The notes beneath the pieces are model-generated. The model made no database searches, was not told the DNA's origin, and saw nothing but the letters and a program-made list of their open reading frames with translations. A stretch of DNA of 64,000 nucleotides from Spirochaetota bacterium (GTDB lineage: Bacteria > Spirochaetota > UBA4802 > UBA5550). How positions within the stretch are numbered: the first letter of the stretch is position 1; the number at the start of each line of letters is the position of its first letter. Below, piece after piece: positions 37,995 through 46,236 of this stretch. The position numbers and the translations under genes were made by a program. The stretch lies in contig DAIUKG010000017.1 of assembly GCA_036848375.1 (NCBI GenBank), forward strand, positions 5,658 through 69,657. The letters are read 5' to 3'.

Positions 37995-38861
37995 ATGGAA
38001 AGCATGACCGGCTATGCCTTTATTGAAAAGAGCACTGATGAATTTTCTTTTTCAATAGAACTTAAATCGCTTAACTCAAAATATCTGGAAACATTCATTA
38101 ACATCCCCAAGATAATACGATACCAGGAAAACGATATTCAACAGCTTTTAAAAAAATATTTTTCCAGGGGCAAGATAGAGCTCAATCTTGATATATTCGA
38201 CTGGACGGTGAATAAAAATATTTCACTGAACCATGAGCTGATAAAGAAGTATTTTCGTGAACTGAAAAAAATTCAGCGGGACATGGGTATCAATCAGCCC
38301 GTAACCCTTGATTCTGTTTTAAAGCTTGATGGCGTAAGCCAGAGGGAGCGTTCAGTGATATCCGATAAGTCCTTAAAGGATGTATATAAAACCATTGAGG
38401 CGGCGGCTAAAAAAACAATTGAAATGAGAAAAAAGGAAGGCAATGCCACCAAGAAGGATATTGTCGCGTCAATAAACGCAATATATAAATCAGTTGAGGC
38501 GATAAAACAGAGAGTAAAGCCGATTGCCGATAACAAGGTCAAGGAATTAAAAGAGAGGATAGATAAAATTTCTCAGAAAAACATCGATGATTCCAGACTT
38601 TTTTCTGAAATAGCGATCCTCGCAGATAAACTTGATATCAATGAGGAGCTTGTGCGGCTTAACGATCATATAGCCAAGTTTAAAGCTATAATTAAAGTAA
38701 ATGACCAGATCGGAAGAAAACTCGATTTCCTCGCGCAGGAAATGTTCAGGGAAATCAATACCATCGCTTCCAAGTCAAACAGCTCCGAGATATCCCACAT
38801 CGTGGTTGACGTTAAGAACTATATCGATAAAATCCGGGAGCAGTGCAGAAATATTGTCTGA
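37995..38861 (+). CDS. yicC: YicC-family stress-induced protein (YloC-like)
   Basis: The N-terminus MTGYAFIEKSTDEFSFSIELKSLN and the C-terminal region fit the YicC family. Confidence 0.8.
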   Translation: MESMTGYAFIEKSTDEFSFSIELKSLNSKYLETFINIPKIIRYQENDIQQLLKKYFSRGKIELNLDIFDWTVNKNISLNHELIKKYFRELKKIQRDMGINQPVTLDSVLKLDGVSQRERSVISDKSLKDVYKTIEAAAKKTIEMRKKEGNATKKDIVASINAIYKSVEAIKQRVKPIADNKVKELKERIDKISQKNIDDSRLFSEIAILADKLDINEELVRLNDHIAKFKAIIKVNDQIGRKLDFLAQEMFREINTIASKSNSSEISHIVVDVKNYIDKIREQCRNIV

Positions 38862-38906
38862 TATGTTTCCGGTAATGCGTTTATTCATTAACAGTGAGGG
38901 TTCAGC

Positions 38907-39161
38907 ATGAAAACAACATTAATAAATATCGGTTTCGGCAATGCTGTTGTTGCTGAACGGGTTATCGCGGTAATAACTCCCTCGTCCGCATCAGGAAAAC
39001 GGCTGAGGGATGAGGCACGGGACAATAATACCCTTATTGACGCAACCCATGGAAGGAAAACCAGGGCTCTCGTTATAATGGACAGCAACCACATTGTTCT
39101 GACGGCCATGCAGCCCGAAACAATTGCCGGCAGGCTGATGCAGAATTCCCATGAAGAATGA
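38907..39161 (+). CDS. DUF370 / RemA-like (YlzA) protein
   Basis: [19 protein letters not shown]...VLT matches DUF370. This is the conserved yicC-DUF370-gmk-rpoZ order. Confidence 0.8.
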   Translation: MKTTLINIGFGNAVVAERVIAVITPSSASGKRLRDEARDNNTLIDATHGRKTRALVIMDSNHIVLTAMQPETIAGRLMQNSHEE

Positions 39162-39777
39162 TATTTCAATTGTCATTTCAGCGCCTTCGGGAGCCGGAAA
39201 ATCAACCATTATTGAAAGGCTTTTAAGGGATGACCCCCGTTTTGAATTTTCCGTGTCAACGACAACGAGAAAATCCAGGGGCGGAGAACGTGATGGCAGG
39301 GATTATTTTTTCATCAGCGAGCCGGAATTTCTGGATAAAATCGAAAAGGGTGATTTCATAGAATGGGCCCGGGTCCATGGAAACTACTACGGAACGACAA
39401 AAAAAGAGGTTGACAGAATAAAGGATGCCGGGAAGATTCCGATATTTGATGTTGATATCCAGGGAACAAAAAATCTTCAGAAAAATATTCAAGACGCTGT
39501 TTATATTTTCATTGTACCACCATCTTTACATATACTGGAACAGAGACTGAAAAACAGAAAGACTGATTCTGAAGATCAGATCAATATCAGATTGAAAAAT
39601 GCTCTGAGCGAACTCAGTGAATATCATATTTATGATTACCTGGTCATAAATGATACGGTTGAGACAGCCCTGCGGGATGTTCAGGCCATAGTATCAGCCG
39701 AACAATGCAGGACACAGAGGAATTCCTCTTTCATGAAGGATATAATGGAGGCAAAGGATGATCATCCCCCTAGATAA
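39151..39777 (+). CDS. gmk: Guanylate kinase
   Basis: A P-loop [10 protein letters not shown] is present, with guanylate-kinase signatures. Confidence 0.9.
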   Translation: MKNDISIVISAPSGAGKSTIIERLLRDDPRFEFSVSTTTRKSRGGERDGRDYFFISEPEFLDKIEKGDFIEWARVHGNYYGTTKKEVDRIKDAGKIPIFDVDIQGTKNLQKNIQDAVYIFIVPPSLHILEQRLKNRKTDSEDQINIRLKNALSELSEYHIYDYLVINDTVETALRDVQAIVSAEQCRTQRNSSFMKDIMEAKDDHPPR

Positions 39778-39967
39778 ATTACTTGCATATAATGGAAACA
39801 AATATGTTTTTTCAAAAGCATCAATGAAGGCGGTTGAAAAAATTGCTAATATCAAGCATTACCCCGAAGATGATATCAGCTGGAAAGTTGTTCCCAATAT
39901 CCTCAAGCTCACGCTGAATGAGACAATTCACTATGTCTATCATGACCAAGCAGAAGAAGGAGAATAA
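39758..39967 (+). CDS. rpoZ: DNA-directed RNA polymerase subunit omega
   Basis: KYVFSKASMKAVEKIANI fits the RpoZ family. Its start overlaps the gmk 3' end. Confidence 0.75.
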   Translation: MIIPLDKLLAYNGNKYVFSKASMKAVEKIANIKHYPEDDISWKVVPNILKLTLNETIHYVYHDQAEEGE

Positions 39968-40112
39968 GAGATCCTGTAATACGGTTATTGTGACTGGCAA
40001 CAATGTCTGTTGCCGGTGTTTCTCCGAGTAACGGATTGCGTGTTGATATTTTTATTAACTGATAGTAAGGTGCGGTGACATTAAAGCGGTAGTAATCATC
40101 GGCCCGACTGCT

Positions 40113-40985
40113 GTGGGGAAAACTGAATTATCGTTGTCCCTGGTTCCAGAGAAATTCGAAATAATATCGGCAGATTCGGTTCAGGTTTACCGGTATCTTG
40201 ATATCGGCAGCGGGAAACCTGAACAGGAAATCCTTGCTGCGAGAAAGCATCATTTAATCGATATAGTTGATCCGGATTATCCTTTTTCCGCAGGTGAATA
40301 CTGCAGAATGGCGGAAACAGCCTGTACGGAAATATTTAAAAAGTCGCGTATTCCTCTTTTTGTTGGCGGAACCGGGCTTTATATCGACTCCTTTTTTCTG
40401 GGGATTGCCAGCATCCCGGATATCGATATCTCGGTAAGGAATGAAATATACCGGGAAATGGAAGAAAAAGGGCTTGAACATCTCCATGGAGAATTGCTGA
40501 AACATGATCCTGAATTTGTCAAAGGCGTTCACCCGAAAGATAAACAAAGAATAATCAGGGGCCTGGAAGTATTAAGGGGGACGGGAAGGCCTTTAAGCAG
40601 TTACTATTCTGAAAATAGGGGTTTTCAGTCTGAAAAGACCCTTTTTATCGGCCTCAATGATGATCGTGATCTGATCAGAAAAAGAATTGCTGCGCGAGTT
40701 GGCCGGATGATTGAATCCGGGCTTGTTGACGAGGTGCAGAATTTACGTGGACGGGGCTATGGCCCTGAGTTAAAGTCCATGAAATCCATCGGATATGCTG
40801 AAATAAACAGCTTCCTTGACGGATTGATGCCTTTTAACGAAGCTGTTGATAAAATAAAGATAAATACTGCCCAGTACGCCAAAAGACAGATGACATGGTT
40901 TCGAAAGCGTGATAATATTGCCTGGTACAGGCCCGAAGAAAGTAAAAAAATTATCAATCACGTGCAAGAATGGATTGATAATTGA
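40113..40985 (+). CDS. miaA: tRNA dimethylallyltransferase MiaA (the true start is probably upstream at a non-canonical codon)
   Basis: The P-loop IIGPTAVGKTELS begins upstream of the first GTG at 40113. The in-frame ORF is open from 40059 (CTG) and 40080 (ATT), with no ATG/GTG/TTG in between. Confidence 0.8.
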   Translation: MGKTELSLSLVPEKFEIISADSVQVYRYLDIGSGKPEQEILAARKHHLIDIVDPDYPFSAGEYCRMAETACTEIFKKSRIPLFVGGTGLYIDSFFLGIASIPDIDISVRNEIYREMEEKGLEHLHGELLKHDPEFVKGVHPKDKQRIIRGLEVLRGTGRPLSSYYSENRGFQSEKTLFIGLNDDRDLIRKRIAARVGRMIESGLVDEVQNLRGRGYGPELKSMKSIGYAEINSFLDGLMPFNEAVDKIKINTAQYAKRQMTWFRKRDNIAWYRPEESKKIINHVQEWIDN

Positions 40986-41053
40986 CATAAAATATGTGAT
41001 ATAGTATCTGTTTAACAGTATCCCTCAAATATATAGAGAAAGGAGATCACCCC

Positions 41054-41290
41054 ATGACGAAACAGGTCAATAATCTGCAGGATATTTTTTTAAACCAGTC
41101 AAGAAAAGAGAAAATTGAAATAACCATCTATCTGGTAAATGGTGTTCCCCTGAAAGGCCGCGTTTTAAGTTTTGATAATTTTACCATCCTGCTCGAGATA
41201 GATAAAAAGCAGAATTTAATTTATAAGCATGCGATTTCAACCATACAACCTTTGAAACCAATTCCCTATAAAGATGAAGAACAGCAGTAA
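41054..41290 (+). CDS. hfq: RNA chaperone Hfq
   Basis: The Sm1/Sm2 motifs are present ([23 protein letters not shown]...YKHAIST). Confidence 0.85.
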   Translation: MTKQVNNLQDIFLNQSRKEKIEITIYLVNGVPLKGRVLSFDNFTILLEIDKKQNLIYKHAISTIQPLKPIPYKDEEQQ

Positions 41291-41316
41291 ACGGAAAATA
41301 TTAATGGATTAAGGGG

Positions 41317-42210
41317 ATGAAAATATTTTTTAGAAACATACTTATACTGTTAGTTGTGCTGATTTTTATCTATGGCGCTTTATTCTGCTTCAGAATCGTC
41401 CAGGACAGGAAGGCTGTTTTTGTCAGGGACATCCGAGACGGGACCATCGTTAAAGTTTTAACCCATGGATATGGGTTCTCTTTTGAGGGGGGCATGCCAT
41501 GGTGGTTCACGCTTAATGAAGTTTCCCTGGAAAGGAATTTTTCGCATGAGTTTTTTCTTTCTATCCCGGCCCTGGAAGAACTCAACGACGCACGTTATCA
41601 GATACGCATACCGGTCCGCATGCATTTCATTATAAACAGTGACAGCCCGGCCGCTCAGGAATATCTGCTTAAAGGCGAAAAGGGGATTGATGAGGCGGTA
41701 ACCGTCTGTCTGCGATCCCTATTAGGGAATGAAATTGGGCCCTTTCTCGCGCCGACTTATAGAAGAGATGCGCTTTATTACAGGCAACATGCCCTTGAGG
41801 GTGACATTGTGAAGAAAATAAGCGGAGAAGTGGCAAAACTGGGTATTGAGGGCGCATCATTCTCCATGCCGGGGGGGATGTTTTTGCCTGACATGAGTTC
41901 CTACTGGGAAGGGATGAGACATCTTGATAATTTAAACAAACTCAAAAGGAAGAATGAGATCGATACGGAAATCTTGAACGGGAGGCTCAAACAGGAAAAT
42001 CTGAGCAATGAAGAATATTACAAAAGATTATCGCGAATATCATCCCTTATCAAAGAGAATCCTGAACTTTTAAAGTATATTTATATTGACAAATTATCTG
42101 ATAAGATAAAGCTGGTAAATTCAATTGACACGCTTGATATTCTGGGTGTCTTTAATAAGCAAAAAACAGATACTGAAGCATCAAAAGGTGATATTGATAA
42201 CCTCAGGTGA
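41317..42210 (+). CDS. Hypothetical N-terminally anchored protein (297 aa)
   Basis: It has an N-terminal TM helix and no recognised family. It follows hfq where hflX would normally sit. Confidence 0.35.
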   Translation: MKIFFRNILILLVVLIFIYGALFCFRIVQDRKAVFVRDIRDGTIVKVLTHGYGFSFEGGMPWWFTLNEVSLERNFSHEFFLSIPALEELNDARYQIRIPVRMHFIINSDSPAAQEYLLKGEKGIDEAVTVCLRSLLGNEIGPFLAPTYRRDALYYRQHALEGDIVKKISGEVAKLGIEGASFSMPGGMFLPDMSSYWEGMRHLDNLNKLKRKNEIDTEILNGRLKQENLSNEEYYKRLSRISSLIKENPELLKYIYIDKLSDKIKLVNSIDTLDILGVFNKQKTDTEASKGDIDNLR

Positions 42211-42248
42211 TGAAGTGTGTTATTATTTATCAATAAAGGAGTTGCTTT

Positions 42249-42341
42249 ATGCCGTGCGGTAGGAAGAAAAAAAGAAAAAAAATTGCTAACCACAAAAGGA
42301 AAAAAAGAAGAAGGCAAAACCGTCATAAAAAGAAAATATGA
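42249..42341 (+). CDS. Unannotated 30-aa hyper-basic small protein (MPCGRKKKRKKIANHKRKKRRRQNRHKKKI)
   Basis: An RBS aaaggag lies 7 nt upstream of the ATG. It is absent from the ORF track only because it is under 60 aa. It resembles small ribosome-associated Lys/Arg peptides. Confidence 0.35.
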   Translation: MPCGRKKKRKKIANHKRKKRRRQNRHKKKI

Positions 42342-42431
42342 TGATATTATTGGTTAAAAAGACAAAAGAGATTGGAGAGAACGGGTGCCAATCTCTTTTT
42401 TGTATAAGGATGGATATTTAACCGGCCGGGC

Positions 42432-43148
42432 ATGATGAATTACACCACAGCGAAATACACCTGGAAAAGAAGGCCTTCTGAAATAAGAGGATACCACAGG
42501 ACCCTGTATTATAATGCTGACAACGGTGATTATCTGAGGGTTGATTATAATCTCAAAGAAAAAAGGGTAAGACTGTATGTTGAAGTATCGGATGAGGGCG
42601 GCAATCCATACTATTCCGTGATCAGCAATGGTAAAATTACCGCTGAGCGGAGCGTATCGAGCGGAAGGTCTTATGGCTTTGCCGATAAATTTCAAAGCAG
42701 GGCCGATATTTTCTCCACAATCCCGAACCGGGACGTTATTAAACTCATCAACAGAAATTACAAAATTTATGCCGAATACAGTGCCGATAAAGCGCGAGAT
42801 GAAGAAAAAGCACGCGAGCTGAATAAGATCAGGGAAGAGACAAGAAAGAGATATTTCAAGCCCGAGACCAATCCCTATAAAGATTCTGCCAGAAAAGCAC
42901 GGAGCATCAGTTTTTCTTTTTCACTCATAGACATCGTAGATATCCTCATCGGTGTCATGCTGTCGGGTAGCGCCTTTTTATATTTTCAATACAGCTTTAT
43001 CGCGATGGGGATCATTGCCGCCTTTTTTGGAATAATCAACGGTTTTGTAGACATGTTTATCCGCAAGAGGTCTCCGCTGATAGTAAAGGTCTTATTATTT
43101 GTTCTTTCCGGTACCGTGATATATGTTTACGGCTATTTCTTTTATTAA
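42432..43148 (+). CDS. Hypothetical protein with a C-terminal two-TM anchor
   Basis: The N-terminal 170 aa are soluble and the C-terminus has two hydrophobic helices. Confidence 0.35.
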   Translation: MMNYTTAKYTWKRRPSEIRGYHRTLYYNADNGDYLRVDYNLKEKRVRLYVEVSDEGGNPYYSVISNGKITAERSVSSGRSYGFADKFQSRADIFSTIPNRDVIKLINRNYKIYAEYSADKARDEEKARELNKIREETRKRYFKPETNPYKDSARKARSISFSFSLIDIVDILIGVMLSGSAFLYFQYSFIAMGIIAAFFGIINGFVDMFIRKRSPLIVKVLLFVLSGTVIYVYGYFFY

Positions 43149-43228
43149 TTTCACTGCTGCTTATTATTTTCCCTTTTTTTGGATAAATAAGGAAAAATCT
43201 GATTTTTAAGGATGGCCATAATTTTTTC

Positions 43229-43256
43229 TTGAAATACAGCGTTAATATTGTAAAAT
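43229..43256 (+). promoter_or_regulatory. sigma-70-like promoter TTGAAA-N16-TAAAAT upstream of cheW
   Basis: Read from the sequence, about 105 nt upstream of the cheW start. Confidence 0.35.
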
Positions 43257-43363
43257 TATACTGCTTTCTTGACAGGGCGGGTCGTATGTTAATATTTTAT
43301 TACTGAACAGTAATACTGTGGTCTGATGTCAGATGATGTGATCATAATTACAGGATACCTGAA

Positions 43364-43828
43364 ATGAATGAAAAAATAGTCAATCTCGGTTCATCCATCC
43401 AAATAGTGTGCTTTAAAATCGGTAAAGAAGAATACGGTCTCGAGATTTTAAAGGTTCAGGAAATCCTGAAGCTCCCCAAAATCACCAAGCTTCCAAAATC
43501 ATATAATTATATTATGGGTGTTATTGACCTCAGGGGGAAGGTCATTCCGATCGTCGATTTAAGCAAGAAATTTGGCATCAAGGCTGACGCAAGCAGCGAT
43601 AAAAGCAGGACAATTGTTGTTGATATCGAGGGCAAGCGTGTCGGCCTTGCCATCGATTCAGTAAGCCATGTTGTCAAGGTCGACTCCAATGAGATTGAGC
43701 CGCCGCCTCCGGTAGTCAAGGGAATATCGGGCAAGTATATTGTCGGTATAGCAAAGCTTCAGGATGGGTTTGTCGTCATCCTCGATATAAACCAGATCTT
43801 TTCTTCTGAAGAGTTGAAAGCGATTTAA
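43364..43828 (+). CDS. cheW: Chemotaxis coupling protein CheW
   Basis: CheW domain: IVCFKIGKEEYGLEILKVQEI...GVIDLRGKVIPIVDL. Confidence 0.85.
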   Translation: MNEKIVNLGSSIQIVCFKIGKEEYGLEILKVQEILKLPKITKLPKSYNYIMGVIDLRGKVIPIVDLSKKFGIKADASSDKSRTIVVDIEGKRVGLAIDSVSHVVKVDSNEIEPPPPVVKGISGKYIVGIAKLQDGFVVILDINQIFSSEELKAI

Positions 43829-44988
43829 TACGCAGCAATAAGGATTGTTTCAATTTCGTTTTCATTCAGAGGACGTGGTGTATTTTTTATAAACGGATAG
43901 GTCATTGTCAGGGCCGCAATATCCTTGAATTGTGTTTTGGGCACATCATAACTTGAAAGTCTCTGGGGGATGTCTATATCGGCTTCGAGCTTTCGGATCG
44001 CTTCAACCGCTTTAATGGCTGCCTCAATAACCGTAATTTCTTTAACTTCTTCACCCATAACTTTTGACATCTGAACATATTTCCCCGGTGAGGTGGTAAG
44101 ATTGAATTCCATGATGTGGGGCAGGATGACACTCATCGCGCTTTCGATACTGATCTCAGCCTTCGAAGCAAGGGCAAGGCCCAGGGAGAGCGTCACCGAC
44201 AGATAAGAAACCGAGAAGGCCATGCCTGACATGATCGAGGCTGTTGAAAGATACGCCCTCGGCGCAATGCTCTGCGGTTCCCTGTATATCAACGGAAGAT
44301 TGCGGAATATAAGGTCGATTGACTTCAGAGCATAAGTATTGATTATTTGATTGTTTTTTGTTGAAATGACCGATTCAGTTGAAATTGCGAGTGTGGATAT
44401 TACTGTTTTCATCGCAAGTTCTTCACTTATTGAAAGTGAAAGCAAAGGATCAACAATCGTTGCCACGGGGTACAGATCATAATTATAGTATACCTTTTTG
44501 GTCAAACCGTGAATTTCATCAAGGAAAAGCAGGGGAGCGATTTCAAATCCGTAAAGCGGATATGTCGGTACTGTTATAAGGCTGACCGGCTTTTCGCGGA
44601 TTTGAGTCTGGCTGAAAAGTTCATTGCAGAACAGATAGTTGTTGCATAAGAGGGCAACAGCTTTTGCCGAATTTATCGCTTCAATGCCCCCGAAACCGAT
44701 AATTAAATCAGCATTGGTTTTTTTGGTAAACGAGACTGCGGTGTCTATATCTTCGGTATTGGGATTCGGGGGCAGTTCGTCATAAATGATGCACCCCATC
44801 CCCGCTTCTTTGAATTTTTCAACAATGGTATCAATGTTAGCGTGATAGATCTCCAGATTTTCCGTTGTTGTAATCAGTATAACGCGTGATCCGTACCTGG
44901 AACAGATGCCGGCAAGATCATTGATAATATCCTGGCGAATATAAATTTCACTGGGGATATGAAAATCAGGTTTTACAGAATTTTTCAA
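43825..44988 (-). CDS. Iron-containing alcohol dehydrogenase (PF00465) family homolog, apparently lacking the catalytic His ligands (TTG start)
   Basis: It aligns with FucO-type Fe-ADH. NPNT, IIGFGGIEAINSAKAV (compare GGGSxxDxAKA) and LPHIMEFN are retained. The positions of the canonical metal-binding His residues read LGLALASKAEISIESAMSV. Confidence 0.55.
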   Translation of the reverse strand: MKNSVKPDFHIPSEIYIRQDIINDLAGICSRYGSRVILITTTENLEIYHANIDTIVEKFKEAGMGCIIYDELPPNPNTEDIDTAVSFTKKTNADLIIGFGGIEAINSAKAVALLCNNYLFCNELFSQTQIREKPVSLITVPTYPLYGFEIAPLLFLDEIHGLTKKVYYNYDLYPVATIVDPLLSLSISEELAMKTVISTLAISTESVISTKNNQIINTYALKSIDLIFRNLPLIYREPQSIAPRAYLSTASIMSGMAFSVSYLSVTLSLGLALASKAEISIESAMSVILPHIMEFNLTTSPGKYVQMSKVMGEEVKEITVIEAAIKAVEAIRKLEADIDIPQRLSSYDVPKTQFKDIAALTMTYPFIKNTPRPLNENEIETILIAAY

Positions 44989-45019
44989 TTTAGTTTCTGA
45001 CTCAAATTATAATTACCAT

Positions 45020-45051
45020 AAAAAAAGCGGACATAGTGTTATTATCTCCGC
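45020..45051 (-). terminator. Rho-independent terminator downstream of flgM (minus strand)
   Basis: On the minus strand: gcggagataataacactatgtccgc followed by ttttttt. Confidence 0.5.
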
Positions 45052-45087
45052 TTTGCTTATTACAGACTGGAATAAATAATTATAATA

Positions 45088-45381
45088 CTATTTTCTGAGT
45101 AAAAAATTAGCTATTCTGTCAGCGACCATTTCAAGTATTTTTTCATCATTGAAATTGTAGGTGCCGCTCGCTATTTTTTCTTTAATTTCTTTGACTCTGT
45201 CAAGCCTGATATCAGGCGTGTCTTTTACAGCCTGGGCTACTTTCGAAAGTTCAGCGGCTTTTTTCCCTTCAGAGGAAATCTGAATGGAATCTTCTTTTTT
45301 TGTTTCTTTCGAAGCGCCGGCAGACCGTGACTTCTTTGGTTCGATGATGTTGTTGATGTTACCAATTTTGTCGATAACCAT
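45088..45381 (-). CDS. flgM: Anti-sigma-28 factor FlgM
   Basis: The 97-aa protein ends ...RLDRVKEIKEKIASGTYNFNDEKILEMVADRIANFL, matching the FlgM C-terminal sigma-28-binding region. Confidence 0.7.
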   Translation of the reverse strand: MVIDKIGNINNIIEPKKSRSAGASKETKKEDSIQISSEGKKAAELSKVAQAVKDTPDIRLDRVKEIKEKIASGTYNFNDEKILEMVADRIANFLLRK

Positions 45382-45411
45382 TTTTTGTATCCCTTAATTT
45401 ATCTACATACA

Positions 45412-45438
45412 GTATCGGCTTAATTTGTCAATTCTTTA
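45412..45438 (-). promoter_or_regulatory. sigma-28 (FliA) promoter TAAA-N15-GCCGATAC upstream of flgM
   Basis: The minus strand reads TAAAgaattgacaaattaaGCCGATAC, about 30 nt upstream of the flgM ATG. Confidence 0.55.
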
Positions 45439-45546
45439 ATGAATTAATTGCTCAGTTATAAAATATTGTAATTATTATAAAATTACAAGAATTAAACTCT
45501 CTACAGGTTAATAAAATGACATATTTGTCTAACGCCACATAATAAC

Positions 45547-46230
45547 TCACGAACGGGCTTTTTTATTGCGTATGACCAGGGTGAATTCCCCTTTCTGGGT
45601 GAAGGGGGGATCCATACTGAGAATTTCGTGTGCTGTTCCGCGAATGAATTCTTCATGTATTTTGGTAATTTCCCGGGCGATGAGTATTTCTTTATCGGGA
45701 AAAACCTCGTTAATGGCATGTAACATTTTAATAATTCGGTGGGGTGACTCATAAATAACCAGAAGCCCCTCGAATTCAGCCAGGGCTTTCAACTCATTGA
45801 TCCTTTTTCCCTCTTTTTTACTTAAAAACCCGGTAAAGATGACCTCTTTTTCAGGAAAACCCGATATTGACAGCGCCGCAGTCAACGCGGAAGGGCCCGG
45901 CAGGGGGGTCACTGCGTAATTGTTTTTCACCGCTTCCCGGACCAGGCGTGAACCCGGATCTGAGATGCCGGGAGTTCCGGCATCGGTAAGGTATGCCACG
46001 GTGGAGCCTTTTTTCAGTTCATTAATTGCGTGGAGTATTTTACTTTCCGGTGAATGTGAATGGAGCGAGATCAGGGGCAGGTTTATTCCGAGGTGGTTCA
46101 GGAGCTTTCGCGTCTGCCGGGTGTCTTCACAGAAAATAAGATCAACTTCATTCTTTAAAATGCGTGATGCCCTGAGCGTGATATCTTCCATGTTGCCGAT
46201 TGGTGTTGCAATGATATACAGGTGGCTCAT
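45547..46230 (-). CDS. rsmI: 16S rRNA (cytidine1402-2'-O)-methyltransferase RsmI
   Basis: The N-terminus LYIIATPIGNMEDITLRA matches the tetrapyrrole-methylase-like fold. Confidence 0.85.
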   Translation of the reverse strand: MSHLYIIATPIGNMEDITLRASRILKNEVDLIFCEDTRQTRKLLNHLGINLPLISLHSHSPESKILHAINELKKGSTVAYLTDAGTPGISDPGSRLVREAVKNNYAVTPLPGPSALTAALSISGFPEKEVIFTGFLSKKEGKRINELKALAEFEGLLVIYESPHRIIKMLHAINEVFPDKEILIAREITKIHEEFIRGTAHEILSMDPPFTQKGEFTLVIRNKKARS

Positions 46231-46236
46231 GTCTCT

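Noticed and set aside
38524-38531. GCCGATAA sigma-28 -10-like octamers inside yicC (38524) and inside the 42432 ORF (42671)
   Set aside because: No TAAA -35 element lies 15 nt upstream, and the sites are intragenic. They are chance matches.
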